Shown: positions 13,216 to 24,795 of the stretch, one piece after another
How positions within the stretch are numbered: the stretch's first letter is position 1
Layout of the letters: every line of letters starts with the position of its first letter
From: Entomortierella parvispora E1425
Lineage: Eukaryota; Fungi; Mortierellomycota
DNA length: 64,000 bases
Direction of reading: 5' to 3'
Assembly (NCBI GenBank): GCA_020891255.1
Contig: BQFW01000010.1
Location: 1,488,001 to 1,552,000, forward strand
Notes under the pieces: model-generated
Databases searched by the model: none
The model's input: only the letters and a program-made list of their open reading frames with translations
What the model was told of the DNA's origin: nothing
Position numbers and translations under genes: made by a program

Positions 13216-16042
13216 AGCCTGTTCTTGCATAGGAAGTGAAGCAAGCCAGTCAAGAGTATGACAATGCCTTGTGTTTCTATAAAAAAATATAAATCGGCCC
13301 TTGCATGCGGTATAGACTGTAGTTGTGCTACCCGTAGGTCAACGGGTCACACGGCTCTCCAGCAAGGTGGTTTCTGCTCAAGACTTTGCTCTTGTCATTT
13401 CATCAGGTGCCACAATGGTGATTTTCGCCGCGGATTTAATTCTGGACACGAGGCTTGGGTTGTCCCACTCTGCACTCTGGTGATGAGGAACACACTCTCT
13501 CCTGGTCGTTTCATGCCGACATGCACATTGAGGAGATGAAGCAATGAGGAGAAGAGATGAGACTGGCAGGGAGGTGAACAGTGGACCGAGCGAGCGGTCG
13601 TGCACGGTGCAAGATCATCGCTCTGTGGTGTGTTCGTCATATCAGCGTGGTTGAAAGAAGAACAGACGAGAAAGGAGGGCCGTGTCCGCAATTTTACGAT
13701 GGAGTGTGTACGACTGTGGTTTTGGGCAGTATTGGTGGCAATAAGGTCTCTGAGAGCAAAACAGCCTCTTGCATCGGATCGTGTACGGGGGTAAAGATCT
13801 CCGCAACAAAAAGATCCTTGAACGCGCAGATATTCTCTTACTTTCTTTTTTATTTCATACTGGCCATGGACCCTCGGAGGGTCGACGTCCGCTCCGAGGA
13901 TGTGAGTGAAGGTGACCAAAAAGGCATCACCGTTTCAGAGACGCGTCCGACGCGCGTCCTTCAAATAACGTTTTTTTCCTTTTTTTTTTTTTTTTTTTTG
14001 ATTCTCATTTCTCTCGCGCTACCCCCGTGTTTTTTTATATTTCTCATTTCTTTATTTTGCGTTTGCATGACATGAAGAGAGCTGCTTTGTCAATGACTGA
14101 AGACGGTGATGGCTCAAAGAAAGGTGGTTGCAGGGAGGAAATAGAAAGAAAAAAAAAACCACGTCGATTCCTGCTCCTCTGTCTCTCTCTCTCTCCCCTT
14201 CCTTTTTGTTGTTAGCCCCATTTCCAACTTTGTGTTCGATAAGAAAGAGTAAAAAAAAAAAACAATAAGCGCAGTTCCTGCGTTTGGGTTGGAGCGTGAG
14301 GGGTGTGTGCGCCATTATGTGTCTATGTTGTGGTGTTTGTGTGTGCATGAAACGTACAGTACGATTGAAAAAAAAAAAAGAAAAAAAAAAAAGCATGTTC
14401 CAAGAAGGCAGCCAGAGAGACACTTTGCCCCCCAAAGCTATCGAACAAAGAGACATGCAAAGCAAGACCCTGTTGTGGTGCAACAATGAGCAAAGAGAGC
14501 GTCTGCAACAGTACACAAACAACACACACACACGCACACAGACAGACACACAGACGCGCCAGTGGTGGTGCCCCCATGAATCGCACGATGACGCCAAGGT
14601 AGTTAGAGGAAAAGAGGATGGATGGCGAGATGACAAAATCTTGCAATTCAATTGACCCTGTCGTTTTTCAACATCTGAGAGCCAAATAAAAAAAAAGATA
14701 GTGATGGGTCATGGTGTTTGAACATGATCTCACTTCAGGTTTTTTTTTTTCTACTCTCCGAAAAAAAATGGACGATCGAAAACAAAAGTTGCATGAGAGC
14801 GATATCTTGAGAAAGAAACAGATGAAAGATGGACTCTTTTTTTTTCTTCTGGGCTGTAAAGGAAACTGATGATGACAATCCTTCGAGGCATTTGAACTAG
14901 AAAAACTCTCAAGGGGGTGGAGAAGGGAGGGGGGACAGGTTCTTTGTGTATGTGTTGGGGGGGGGATCCAGTCAGTTGAAGATAATCCAAAAAGCGCAAA
15001 GGCATGACAACAGAAGATACAAAAAAAGGGGGGCTAACAGGGCGGCTGACGAAAGGTAGAAACGAAAAGAAGAAAAAAAAAAAATAAGAGCGCTCTCATC
15101 GCTGACCGCATGCTGTGGCTGCAATGGGGAGGGTTGGGCGGGGTAAGAACAAGAGAGATGGGCATCGCATTGCTTGCTGCGAATGGGCAATGGTCCAGGG
15201 GTTTGAAATCGAGCCCATGTGCTGTTTAAATCTGAGCAGTAGGTAGAATCGGATCAGAGCATGCAGATCGCTGCATGGGGCCCGGCTTGATTAGGAGGAG
15301 AATGGAAAAGAAGGTGAAAGAGAGTGTGGAACATGGTCTGGCGGTGCGCGATGCGTTGTTTTGGATTCGTGTCTTTTTTTTTTTTTTTTTTTTCTCTCTC
15401 TTTCTTTTTCTCGAGGAAGAAGGGCCATGGTGGGGTGTATATCTATCTGACTGACAGAGTGCGTGTGTGGGTGCAAGGGATGAGGGGACAAAAAAAAAGA
15501 AAGAGTCATCCGCATCCCCTTTGCTCCCTTCTTTCCTGTTCGATCAATCTCCATCCCTCATCCCTTCATTCATTCCCCTTTGTCTTCCTCACAGGCACCA
15601 TTGGCCGAGCATACGTGTTTTGGGAAACAGCTCTTGCGCTTTTTTTATTTTATTTTTTTATCCCTCTTCTCCCATCCCATCCCATTCCATCCCTCTTCCC
15701 ATCTCATCCCATTCCTTCCTTCCTTCCTTCCCACCGCTCCCACCCGCCCTTGCTCCCGTTTCGTGCTGTTTGCAACAGTCTCTTTCCTTCAATTCTCCGG
15801 CTCTTGCGCTCTCGTATCTACATCCTCCTTCTCTCGACCCTGGGACCCATACGTCCAGACCGGTTCGTCCTCTTCACCGTTGTCCGTTCCCATTGTTGCT
15901 CTTCTTTCCTGCAGGGCGCGAAAAGGGAAAAAAATATAGGATATCCAACAAACAAAAGAAAAGCCTGGTCTTGAAGAAACAACAACATCAACAGCTCCCT
16001 TTCTCCCAGTCTGAAAAAGTCACTCGCGCGTAACAGCCCGCC

Positions 16043-16717
16043 ATGAACGCGACTCAGTACGGGTACCATCCTTACCCTTCACCTTCCCAGTCTCAGACAC
16101 AGGCATCGCTCTCTCAGCAACAGCAGCAACAGCTTTCACCTCAACAACAACAGCTCTCGCCACATCTGCAGCAGCAGCAACAGGTACAACAGTCCCTGGA
16201 CGCCTCGCAATCACCTTCGCACCAGCACCAACAACAACACCAGCAACAGCAGCAGCAACAGCAACCGCACCAGCAACTCTCTCCCCAGCAGTCGCCTTCG
16301 TCTTCACATCAGCAGTCTCCAGAGCAGCAACACTCGATTCATGCCAATATAGACCATGCTCACCCGACCAGCACCAGCACCACGACTGCCAGCAACAACA
16401 ACAATAGTAACCAAAATAACAACAACAACACCATCAGTCATCTCAACAATAACCACATTGTCCACTCCCCGCCAACGCACCCAAACGATGCACAATCGCC
16501 TATTGAGGCCGATGGCGAGATCGATATCACAGGGACGGCTGGCCAGGGCCAACAGAACGTGTCCTCGGTCGCGTCCGGCTCCCTCCATGGACCCGGACAA
16601 CCCAATTCGCTCCTCTCGATGCCCTCACCAGCCCTGGCAGCCGCAACAGCCGCGAACACGACCGCCAATACCAATCCCGGGGGACGTCAGCTTATCCTGC
16701 ATCAATACAACCAGCAA

Positions 16718-16749
<32 letters not shown>

Positions 16750-19243
16750 ACAGCAGCAGCACCAACAACAGCTGCATATGGGCATGGCGATGGCAGGAGG
16801 AAACCCCGCGACGATCAACACTGCCATGATGGCCTTGGGTCCATCGTCCTACATGATGCCATCGGCTGCATCAGCAGCGGGGCATCCTACAGTGTTGGCG
16901 CCTCAAAGCACGGACCTGGATACGATCCTGGCAAAGTACGCGAACCAGCCTGATCTGCTAAAGCTGATCATTGCGTCCAAGACCGAGGAAGATCGCCGAT
17001 GGGCCGAGGAAGCACGGTACAGAATGATGGACCTGATCATGAGGGGCGAGAATCGAGGACTGGGATTCATGGCCGGCTACGAGGCCCTTGGAGGAGTACC
17101 GGTCAATGTGCCTGGAGGGATGATGAACATGAATGCAAAACGGTTCATGGACGAAGGCGGCTATGGTCACCCGAACGTCTTTGCTTTCCCTGGAAACCAG
17201 CAACAGCAGCAACAACAGCAACAGCAATCTGCAGCAGGATCGGCCGCTGGACTCTCTGGGGTAGCAGCAAGTGCTGCAGGAACACAGCCAGGAGCAACCG
17301 CCAGCCCTACCGCCACTGCCGGATCCACGTCCTCTATGGGCGTGCCTCCACTGTACTCACAGACACATATCCCTGGTACCTTTGGGATGAGTGGAATGCT
17401 TGGTATGAGTGCCATGGGCCACCCTTCTCAACAGCAGCAACAGATGATGAGCCAAGCCATGGGTGGGGGAGGCTTTGGACAGTTTGTGGACCCAAGTTTG
17501 ACAAGGAAACGCTCGGTCACCTTTGCAGGCGAAGTGCACCATATGAGGTCTCAATCCATGTCCTCCATGCCTTCAGCCAGCCAACTCGGAAACATGTCCA
17601 TGATGGGCATGACAGGGAATGGTGCAGAAGGATTTGGGCACACTCAACAGCAGCAGCAGCAACAGCAACAGCAGCAACAACATCACCAGCAGCATCATCC
17701 CCAGGCTGGACTTGCGCAATACCCCTTCCAACAACATCCTCAGCAGCAACAAGTATCTCATATGTCGTACCAACACCATGCTTCACAACCGCCACCCCCA
17801 CCCTCGTTTGCCAGCGGCAATCCTTATACGCATCCTCAGTACTCGAATCTCCCAGGCATGAACCACCATGGAGTCATCCGGAGGACAAACTCGCTCTCCC
17901 ACATCAACCCCAATCAGCTCCCGAGCCAGACTACCATTACAGAACAGCGATTGGTAGCAGGCAGACCCAGGAACGAGAGTTCTGCATCGATCCGGACCAT
18001 GGACGTTGATAGTGGTGAGTACTTTTTATTTTTCTTTTGGGTGGTGTTCACTTTGCTGTGTTTTTGTATGTGTTTGATCGCCCATTTCCAATGGTCAATG
18101 TTTGCTATTGCTCTCTTTTTCGATTTACCTTTTCGCCGTTTGGATTCCCTCGGACCACACTGCATACTGACGTGGCGAGAGACGAGTGCTCACTGCTGAC
18201 ACATGATGCAGGTGCATGAAAAGAGCACAAACGGAAACCACAGGAGCAGCCCATGGGGGATGGAGAGCGGACCTGTGGGAAGCCATCTTTTTTTTTTTTT
18301 TTTTTTTTTGGACAACACATCCAGGATTTCATTGAGCCCAACTGAACCTGATTTTGAACCTCAACTAACCCCTCCCCCTGTTTTTAAATTGACCATAGAT
18401 GAGGAGTCGGATGATGATGACTATGATAACCATCCGCTCATGGGAATGGCTAGTCGACCAGGATCCGCCTTGAGCATGCACAACAATACAGGAGGCAACG
18501 GCGAGACATCACTGACATTGGAGTTCTCAGGACTGGGATCTGTTTCGGGTCATCATCACCACCATGACCACGACCATGACGATGACCACGAACACATCAA
18601 CGGCAACGGCCACAGTAATAACAACTCGAACTCTTCCAACTCTTCGGCAACGACCTTTCTCCTGGGAAGCGCAGAAGGCCTGACCCGGTCCGTGTCAGCA
18701 GGGAAGGGCTCGAAATCATCTGGAGGAATTGGAGGGGTATCCATGGCTGGTGCAGATTACAAGCGGAAACGGAAGCGCCGAGAGATGCAACCAGTGAATA
18801 CGATTGTAGAGTCTGCAGAGCCTCATGTGGATGATTTCTTGTGGAAGAATAACGGCAACACAATCCAAAAGAAGACGGGATGCAAAAGTATTTATTACAA
18901 ATGTTCCAACAGCAATGCAGGATGCACGGTAGGTTTCTTTTTTGAACTGACTGGTCCTTTTCATATTTTGCAGTGAGAAAAGGGGGCGAGAAAAGGCCTT
19001 GTGCAACCTGTATTCAGAAAGTGTGCATTGAGTACTCACTTCTGAATGTCATTTTTTTTATTATTCTTTTGACAGGTGAACAAGACAGTGACAGAGAAGG
19101 AAGAAGGAGGCTTTGTGACAAAGTACAGAGGACTCCATCTCCCCGACTGCATCCGACTCAAAAAAGCTCAGCTGGCGACTCAGGCAGCACAGGCAGCGGC
19201 GCAACTACAGCATGGACATCATTCAATACAACGAGAACAATGA
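16043..19243 (+). CDS. poly-Q protein with C-terminal fungal-type WRKY (WKNNGNT) DNA-binding domain; exons 16043-18014, 18399-18928, 19076-19243 (889 aa)
   Basis: DDFLWKNNGNTIQKKTGCKSIYYKCSNSNAGCT|VNKTV...FVTKYRGLHLPDC aligns with WRKY (DDGY.WRKYGQK...SYYKC..C.V.K.V...TTY.G.H). Basic NLS KRKRKRR precedes it; the introns are canonical and in frame. Confidence 0.88.
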
Positions 19244-19713
19244 CCCGGCCGATGAAAGGTGTATTCTTTTCCCTTTCTCCTTTTTTGTTTTTTTGTTTGC
19301 GACCCCCCAAAAGAACCCTCGAATAAAACGGAAAAAAAGCTCTTGTCTCTTTGTACATACACCAAGGAACCCAATGATCTGAAAACAGAAAGAAGTAAGC
19401 GAGGTTGTCTTTAGGAGGAAGAAGAAGAAGAGGAACAAGAAGGAAGCATCCCAGTCCTGCCTACCCCACTCAGCCATCTGTGGCTCGTGCATCGATGTGT
19501 CCGTGGGAATCCAACTTAAGAGGTATTTTGTCTCATCAACAAAAAAAACCATTCCCGGACGCATTTCATCCGACTCCCCCCATCTGTTCCTTTCTTCTCA
19601 TCCTCATCCTCAATTCCTATTCTCTGCTGTCCCCCTTGATCCTCAAGTGATTTCAACTACTTTGCTCCACTCTCTCCCCTCTTCTTATTAACATTACACA
19701 TTACAACTCCATA

Positions 19714-21317
19714 ATGGCAGGACCCGCCCCAGGCATGAACCACGCTGATGTCGCTGTTGCCGTCCAGGCTGAAAAGGACCGCAAGGGCATCGAGCGCAAC
19801 ACAAAGTTCCTCAAGATCGATATGCATACGTAAGTGAGAAAGAAGTAGAAGAAGGTGGAGGAGGAGGAAAGGAGCATAAGAATACAAAATGCAAGAAGAG
19901 CTCTCTGAAGACTGACTTTTGAACTTTTTCTCTTTCTTCTCTTTTATTTCGTTGTCCGTCTGGTTCCGTTCTCCTCTGTCTGTTAGTCACATTCTCCCCA
20001 AGCACTGGCCAGACCTGAAGAAGAAGTACGGCTATGGCTCTTGGATCCAACTGGACCATGTCGAGCCTGTAAGTCAGAGACTGATAAAGACAAGGAGAGA
20101 GGACGAGAATCGACGCTGGAATGAAGGGGAACACAAGAGAGCTATGAGACTAACGGCTGGGTCCTTCCTTTTCTCCATGATTCATTCTCCTACTAGGGCA
20201 AGGCCAACATGATGATGGATGGCAAGAACTTTAGAACCATCGAATGCAACTGCTGGTCCTCGGAGCAGCGTGTCAAGGAATGCAATGCGACGGATGTCGA
20301 TGTGCAGGTAACATGAGGCCATTGGCTTGACTGATTTTTGTGCCTGTGACAACCCCTTCCCCCCTTTTCTGACTTTGGATCCTTTTTCATTGTTAGGTCC
20401 TTTCGACTGTGCCTGTCATGTTCAACTACGCCGCCCGTCCCGAGCACACCCTGGATTTGGCCCGGTACTTGAACGATCACATTGCCCAGGTGGTGGCTGA
20501 GGACCCCAAGCGCTTCGTGGGTCTTGGTACTTTGCCCATGCAGGCTCCCGAGTTGGCCGTCCAAGAATTGAGACGTTGCCGTGAAGAGCTGGGATTGGCT
20601 GGAATCCAGATTGGAAGCCATATCAATGACTGGAACCTGGATGCTCCCGAGCTGGACCCCATCTGGGCTGCGTGCGAGGAGACGAATGCCGTCGTCTTTG
20701 TGCACCCTTGGGACATGGATAGCAAGGGTCGCATGGAAAAGTACTGGTTCCCTTGGTTGGTCGGCATGCCCTGTGAGACCACCATCTCGATCTGTGCCAT
20801 GGTCATGGGTGGCGTCTTGGAGCGTTTCCCAAAGTTGAAGGTCTCGTTCGCTCACGGAGGTGGCTCCTTCCCCGCCACCGTCGGTCGTATCCAGCATGGT
20901 TTCGATGTCCGCCCTGACCTGTGCGCTACCAGAACCAAGAATGGCCCAATGTAAGATTTTTTTTTTTTTTTTTTTGTTGTTGTTGTGATCAGTATGGCTG
21001 CTGGAATTTTGTCCGAGGAAAACCCATTAACCCTTGCTTACGATCTTCTCTTTAGGACATATATGAACCGCATCTTTGTCGATTCTTTGGTGCACGACGA
21101 GGAGACACTCGAGTTCTTGATCAAGAAGATGGGCATTGACAACATCATGCTTGGATCCGACTATCCCTTCCCCTTGGGCGAGCTCCACCCGGGCAAGATG
21201 ATTGAGGAGGCTCAATGGCTGACGGACGAGGAAAAGATCAAGCTACTGAGTGGAAACGCCATCAAGTTTTTGAACTTGGAGCACTTGGATATGAAAGATA
21301 CCGTGATGTCAGAATAG
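19714..21317 (+). CDS. ACMSD: 2-amino-3-carboxymuconate-6-semialdehyde decarboxylase (amidohydrolase 2); exons 19714-19829, 19987-20068, 20197-20307, 20397-20950, 21056-21317 (374 aa)
   Basis: KIDMHTHILPKHWPDLKKKYGYG, LSTVPVMF, RFVGLGTLPMQAPELAV, FVHPWDM, KYWFPWLVGMP.ETT, FAHGGGSFP.TVGRI.HGF..RPDLCA and GSDYPFPLGE all match ACMSD motifs. Confidence 0.95.
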
Positions 21318-21433
21318 AAGCCTCCTCAGCCAACTTGTGGCAAAGTCGACATCTCTTTAACAATAAAAGAACCCAGAATACCAACTTGAATCCTCTACGT
21401 TGGCCAGCTCCACTCCATGCTCCTGCCCAGCCC

Positions 21434-22578
21434 CTACCGACGGCAGATACATTCATCATTGATATCAGCAAAAACGGAGAAAGGGCAAATCAGGCTGGAT
21501 CTTTGAAGGGCGATATTCGTACAATCCTGTAAAATGTCTGTTATATTTATGAACTTTGTAGATGGTGGTTCGCTAACAGAGTTCTTGATTCTCGAAACAA
21601 AAAGCCGCGAGTCTTGAGAGATTGTTGACCCAGGACTTGGACCTGAATTAGGGGTCAGGTGCTGAGCTGATCTGATTCAGTTTGCTGGCTAAGGGACGAA
21701 CTCATTACCACCCAGTCTTTCTTCTTGATGATCGTTGTCATTACTATCAAGCAGTGGATTCCACTGACCCCGTTCGCTGGCTGAGGAGTCTCAGGTCTGC
21801 GCAAGTATATGTGCGAGTTGCATTCCCGAGATCGCTGTGTCCATTGCCTTCAATCGTCCAATGGATAAGTCAACTGACTCACTAACGGCACTATTGAGAG
21901 CCGATGCAAAATGGTAGAGAACCATGTTAGATTTCAAGATTGTCGCTGCCACTGCAGTGGTTGTCATCGAAAAGTAAGCGTTACCGCTCCCACTTAGGGC
22001 ACATGCTGATAGACTGAATAAAATGCCAAAGGGTAAAGCTGGACAACCACTTTGGTCACGATCTCGATGTGCATCGTCCTCTTTGGTATTTTTAATGAGT
22101 GCTTGGTTCCACTTACGACCTTTTCGAGTTCACTAAAACGGCAACAGAGAGAGGTAAATATCCAGTTTAGTCGCAATATCACAACCACCGTGCCAACTTA
22201 CGCGCAGAAAGAGTGAAATGGAATGCCGAGGAAGAAACGATAGACAGGTCGCATTAACTCCTGATGTCGCTATCAATGTACCATTGTCATAGAGAACAAG
22301 CAACTGGTTCAACTTACAGCCTGATTGAGAGATAGACGGCCAAATTAGTTTACAGTGCCTGTGAACCTGCTCCATTGTCATCGGGAACGAGCAGTTGGTT
22401 CAACTTGTCGCCTAATAGAGTGAAATGAAGCGCCGAAAGTGAGAGGCAGAGAACCACATTTGTGCACGATGACCATTGCCGCCTTGTCATCGAGATCAAG
22501 TTATTTTCTATACTTACTCTACCGATAGTCGTGAGATTTGGGGTGGAAGTGCGGAGGAGAGTCTTGAAAGGCGGCGAT
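21434..22578 (-). CDS. unannotated micro-exon-rich gene, hypothetical protein; exons (minus strand) 22578-22518, 22320-22318, 22260-22202, 22132-22117, 22013-21994, 21890-21883, 21780-21709, 21642-21434; 5' end unresolved (candidate ATG at 22777 with donor at 22730)
   Basis: Regular series of GTAAGT/GTGAGT/GTAATG donors and YAG acceptors, most with CTAAY/CTGAC-like branch points. The spliced exons give a 148-codon stop-free frame (SPPFKTLLRTSTPNLTTIGR-A-ELMRPVYRFFLGIPFHSFCAELEKVSISMCPNAVTSERGQWNPLLD...ICRR*). Confidence 0.6.
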
Positions 22579-22680
22579 CTATGACAAAAAGAATAAAAAT
22601 GAGACTTACTTTCTCTTTTCACTTCACCATGACCACAAATCCTTCATAGACAAGTGGGATGCGATGGTCTGCGAATCCCC

Positions 22681-22712
22681 GGGGTGCTGTTTCCGGGGGG
22701 TGTTGTTTCCGG
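22681..22712. repeat. 16-bp tandem direct repeat GGGGTG(C/T)TGTTTCCGG x2
   Basis: 22681-22696 and 22697-22712 differ at one position; the repeat lies between the micro-exon gene and CWC21. Confidence 0.8.
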
Positions 22713-23014
22713 CGAAAAGAAACTGAATACGCGCTCGTCGTTGCCTGCAGTTGCCTGCTTGTCGGTGACAGGTCCATTCCAGCCCCGTGACCCGCAGGTG
22801 CTCGGTGGCTTAGCCTTTTCAACATGCATTTCGTCAATGCACAGATGTCTGTCTCCAAAGTGCATCTTTTAATCCACATCGCCACCCAGAAACGTCTCTT
22901 GTCTTTTCAGGATTCAGGACTTTGACCCATCTGCAGGACATCCATCTCACCACACCACACCACACCGTCCTCAAGCAGGTCCCTTCTATTCTTTCTTCTT
23001 CTTGAAACGACATC

Positions 23015-24223
23015 ATGTCTTATAACGGCATCGGTCTTAGCACAGCCCGTGGCTCAGGCACGAATGGTTATGTCGTCCGCAATCTGAGCACGTTGCGATC
23101 ACGAAGACACGACTTCAAGCCTGCGGATCCTTATGAGGATGAACCCCTGATTCGCAATCCCAATGCCGAGCTTCTGCAGCATGAACAAAAACGCTCTGTC
23201 GAAGTCAAATGCGCCACCTTGCAGGCAGAACTGGAAGATGAAGGGTATGCGTTTTGGTTTGCCTTTTGGTCTCTGTTTGTCATGGATAGTTGCTCTTCTT
23301 ATGGCCGCTTCAACTAATACTTGTTGGTTTCTCTTCTCCTTACTCCCTTGCTTCTTCTCTTTTTTCGCTATGAACGTAAATGACCTCAAAACAACACCCT
23401 ATATCCGACCCTCAGAGTGGACGAGGACGAAATTGAAAGACAGGTCAACGGATTGAGAACAAAACTGACAGTACTCTTGGAAAAGGCGACGGCAGCGAAA
23501 GCAGCAGCTAAGGACGCAGAGGCAAGGAGAGAGGCAGAGCTCCTCATTGCAGAGGAGCTTCGTCATCAACGGAACGAGGAGTGGCTGGCACAAAAGAAGG
23601 CTGCCGCTGAGAAGGCAAGAGAGGAGGCCAAGGCCAACAAGAAGAAGAATAAGACGAAGGCCTCATCGTCTCGTCGTCGGGGTCGTGACCGCTCCGACTC
23701 TAGATCCCGGTCCCGTTCTCGCTCGAGTTCAGGCTCGCGTTCGCCCTCACCCAAGAGGAGGAGAAGACAGAGATCCCCTTCCAGCTCTCGATCCCCCTCT
23801 CCAGTGGCTGCCAAGGCTTCTACTCGTGGTCGTTCCCGCTCCCGCTCTGCCTCCATGTCACGCTCGCCTTCCCCAGTTCGTCGTCGTGATGGTCGTCGTT
23901 CGCCTTCTAGATCAGTCTCGCGGTCACGTTCCCCCGTAGCGAGGAAACCCTCAGGTGGTGTTAGACGTCGATCCCACTCTAGATCACCCTCTCCAGCAAA
24001 GTCGTCGTCCAAGGCTGGCAATCGCCGCCAGCGCTCCGTGTCGAGATCTGTGTCTCGATCTCGCTCGCGTTCTCCTGTGGCAAGTCGTCAGGCAACAAAG
24101 CGTGGCCGATCAGTATCAAGATCGCGCTCTCGTTCAGGTTCGCCTCGGTCGCCATCGCGCTCGCGGTCCCGCTCTAGATCCTCTTCTCGCTCTCGCTCAC
24201 CTTCGCGGTCCCGCTCGCCTTAA
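23015..24223 (+). CDS. CWC21: pre-mRNA splicing factor Cwc21/SRRM2-like with RS-rich tail; exons 23015-23244, 23416-24223 (345 aa)
   Basis: MSYNGIGLSTARGSGTNGYVVRNLS; cwf21 domain LLQHEQKRSVEVKC..LQAELEDEGVDEDEIERQVNGLR.KL; long RS/SP repeats. Confidence 0.95.
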
Positions 24224-24795
24224 AGGACTGTTGGAAGGATAGGATCAGTTTTGCCAGGACAACCACATGAAGGGAGAAGAAGGATGATTTTTTAAGCAGT
24301 GTATGTACAATAAAACATTCAATATCAGTGAACAAGCACAGACGCCACTGCAAAGAGAAGGAAAGAGAAGGAAAGAGAAAGAAACAAGGAAGGGTGGACA
24401 AGGCATGGGGATGGCTGGCTGGCGTGGTTGCCCCTGAGGGAAGAAGTGAAGGAAGGAAGGGACACAGCGATCGTCACGTTCGCACTAAAAGTACTGGATG
24501 CACATAATACACATACACACACACAAAAAAGAATGCTCTCTTTCTTTCTTTCTCTCCCTTTGTCTCCTCACCGCTCGTCCTTCTTTCTTTCTTTTCTTCT
24601 CTCTTCTCCATCTATCCCCCCCATCGTCTGCATCTCTCTTTTCTCTTTTATTCATTTTCTTCTTTTCGTTTTTTATTCCCATCTGTCAGAGACCGCGTGC
24701 CTGGGACCTTTTTTTTTCTTTTCAGTCTCTCTCCCTCTCTCTCTGCTTCAAACACACTAGAAGAACCGCCTCTTTCTTCCTCCCGACTCTTCTGA

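Noticed and set aside
13395-14075. 174-aa (-) and 164-aa (+) ORFs
   Set aside because: No recognisable motif, mutually overlapping, no consistent splice pattern
20193-20897. 234-aa minus-strand ORF
   Set aside because: Antisense shadow of ACMSD exon 4
21735-22490. Possible intronic C/D snoRNAs or SECIS elements suggested by the repeated ATGA motif
   Set aside because: No downstream CTGA D-boxes, no rRNA-complementary guides recognised, no in-frame TGA in the model and no clear SECIS helix
22133-22622. Two ORFs with repeated KLNQLLV..DNG, first read as LRR-like
   Set aside because: The repeat is the duplicated intron segment of the micro-exon gene, not a protein repeat
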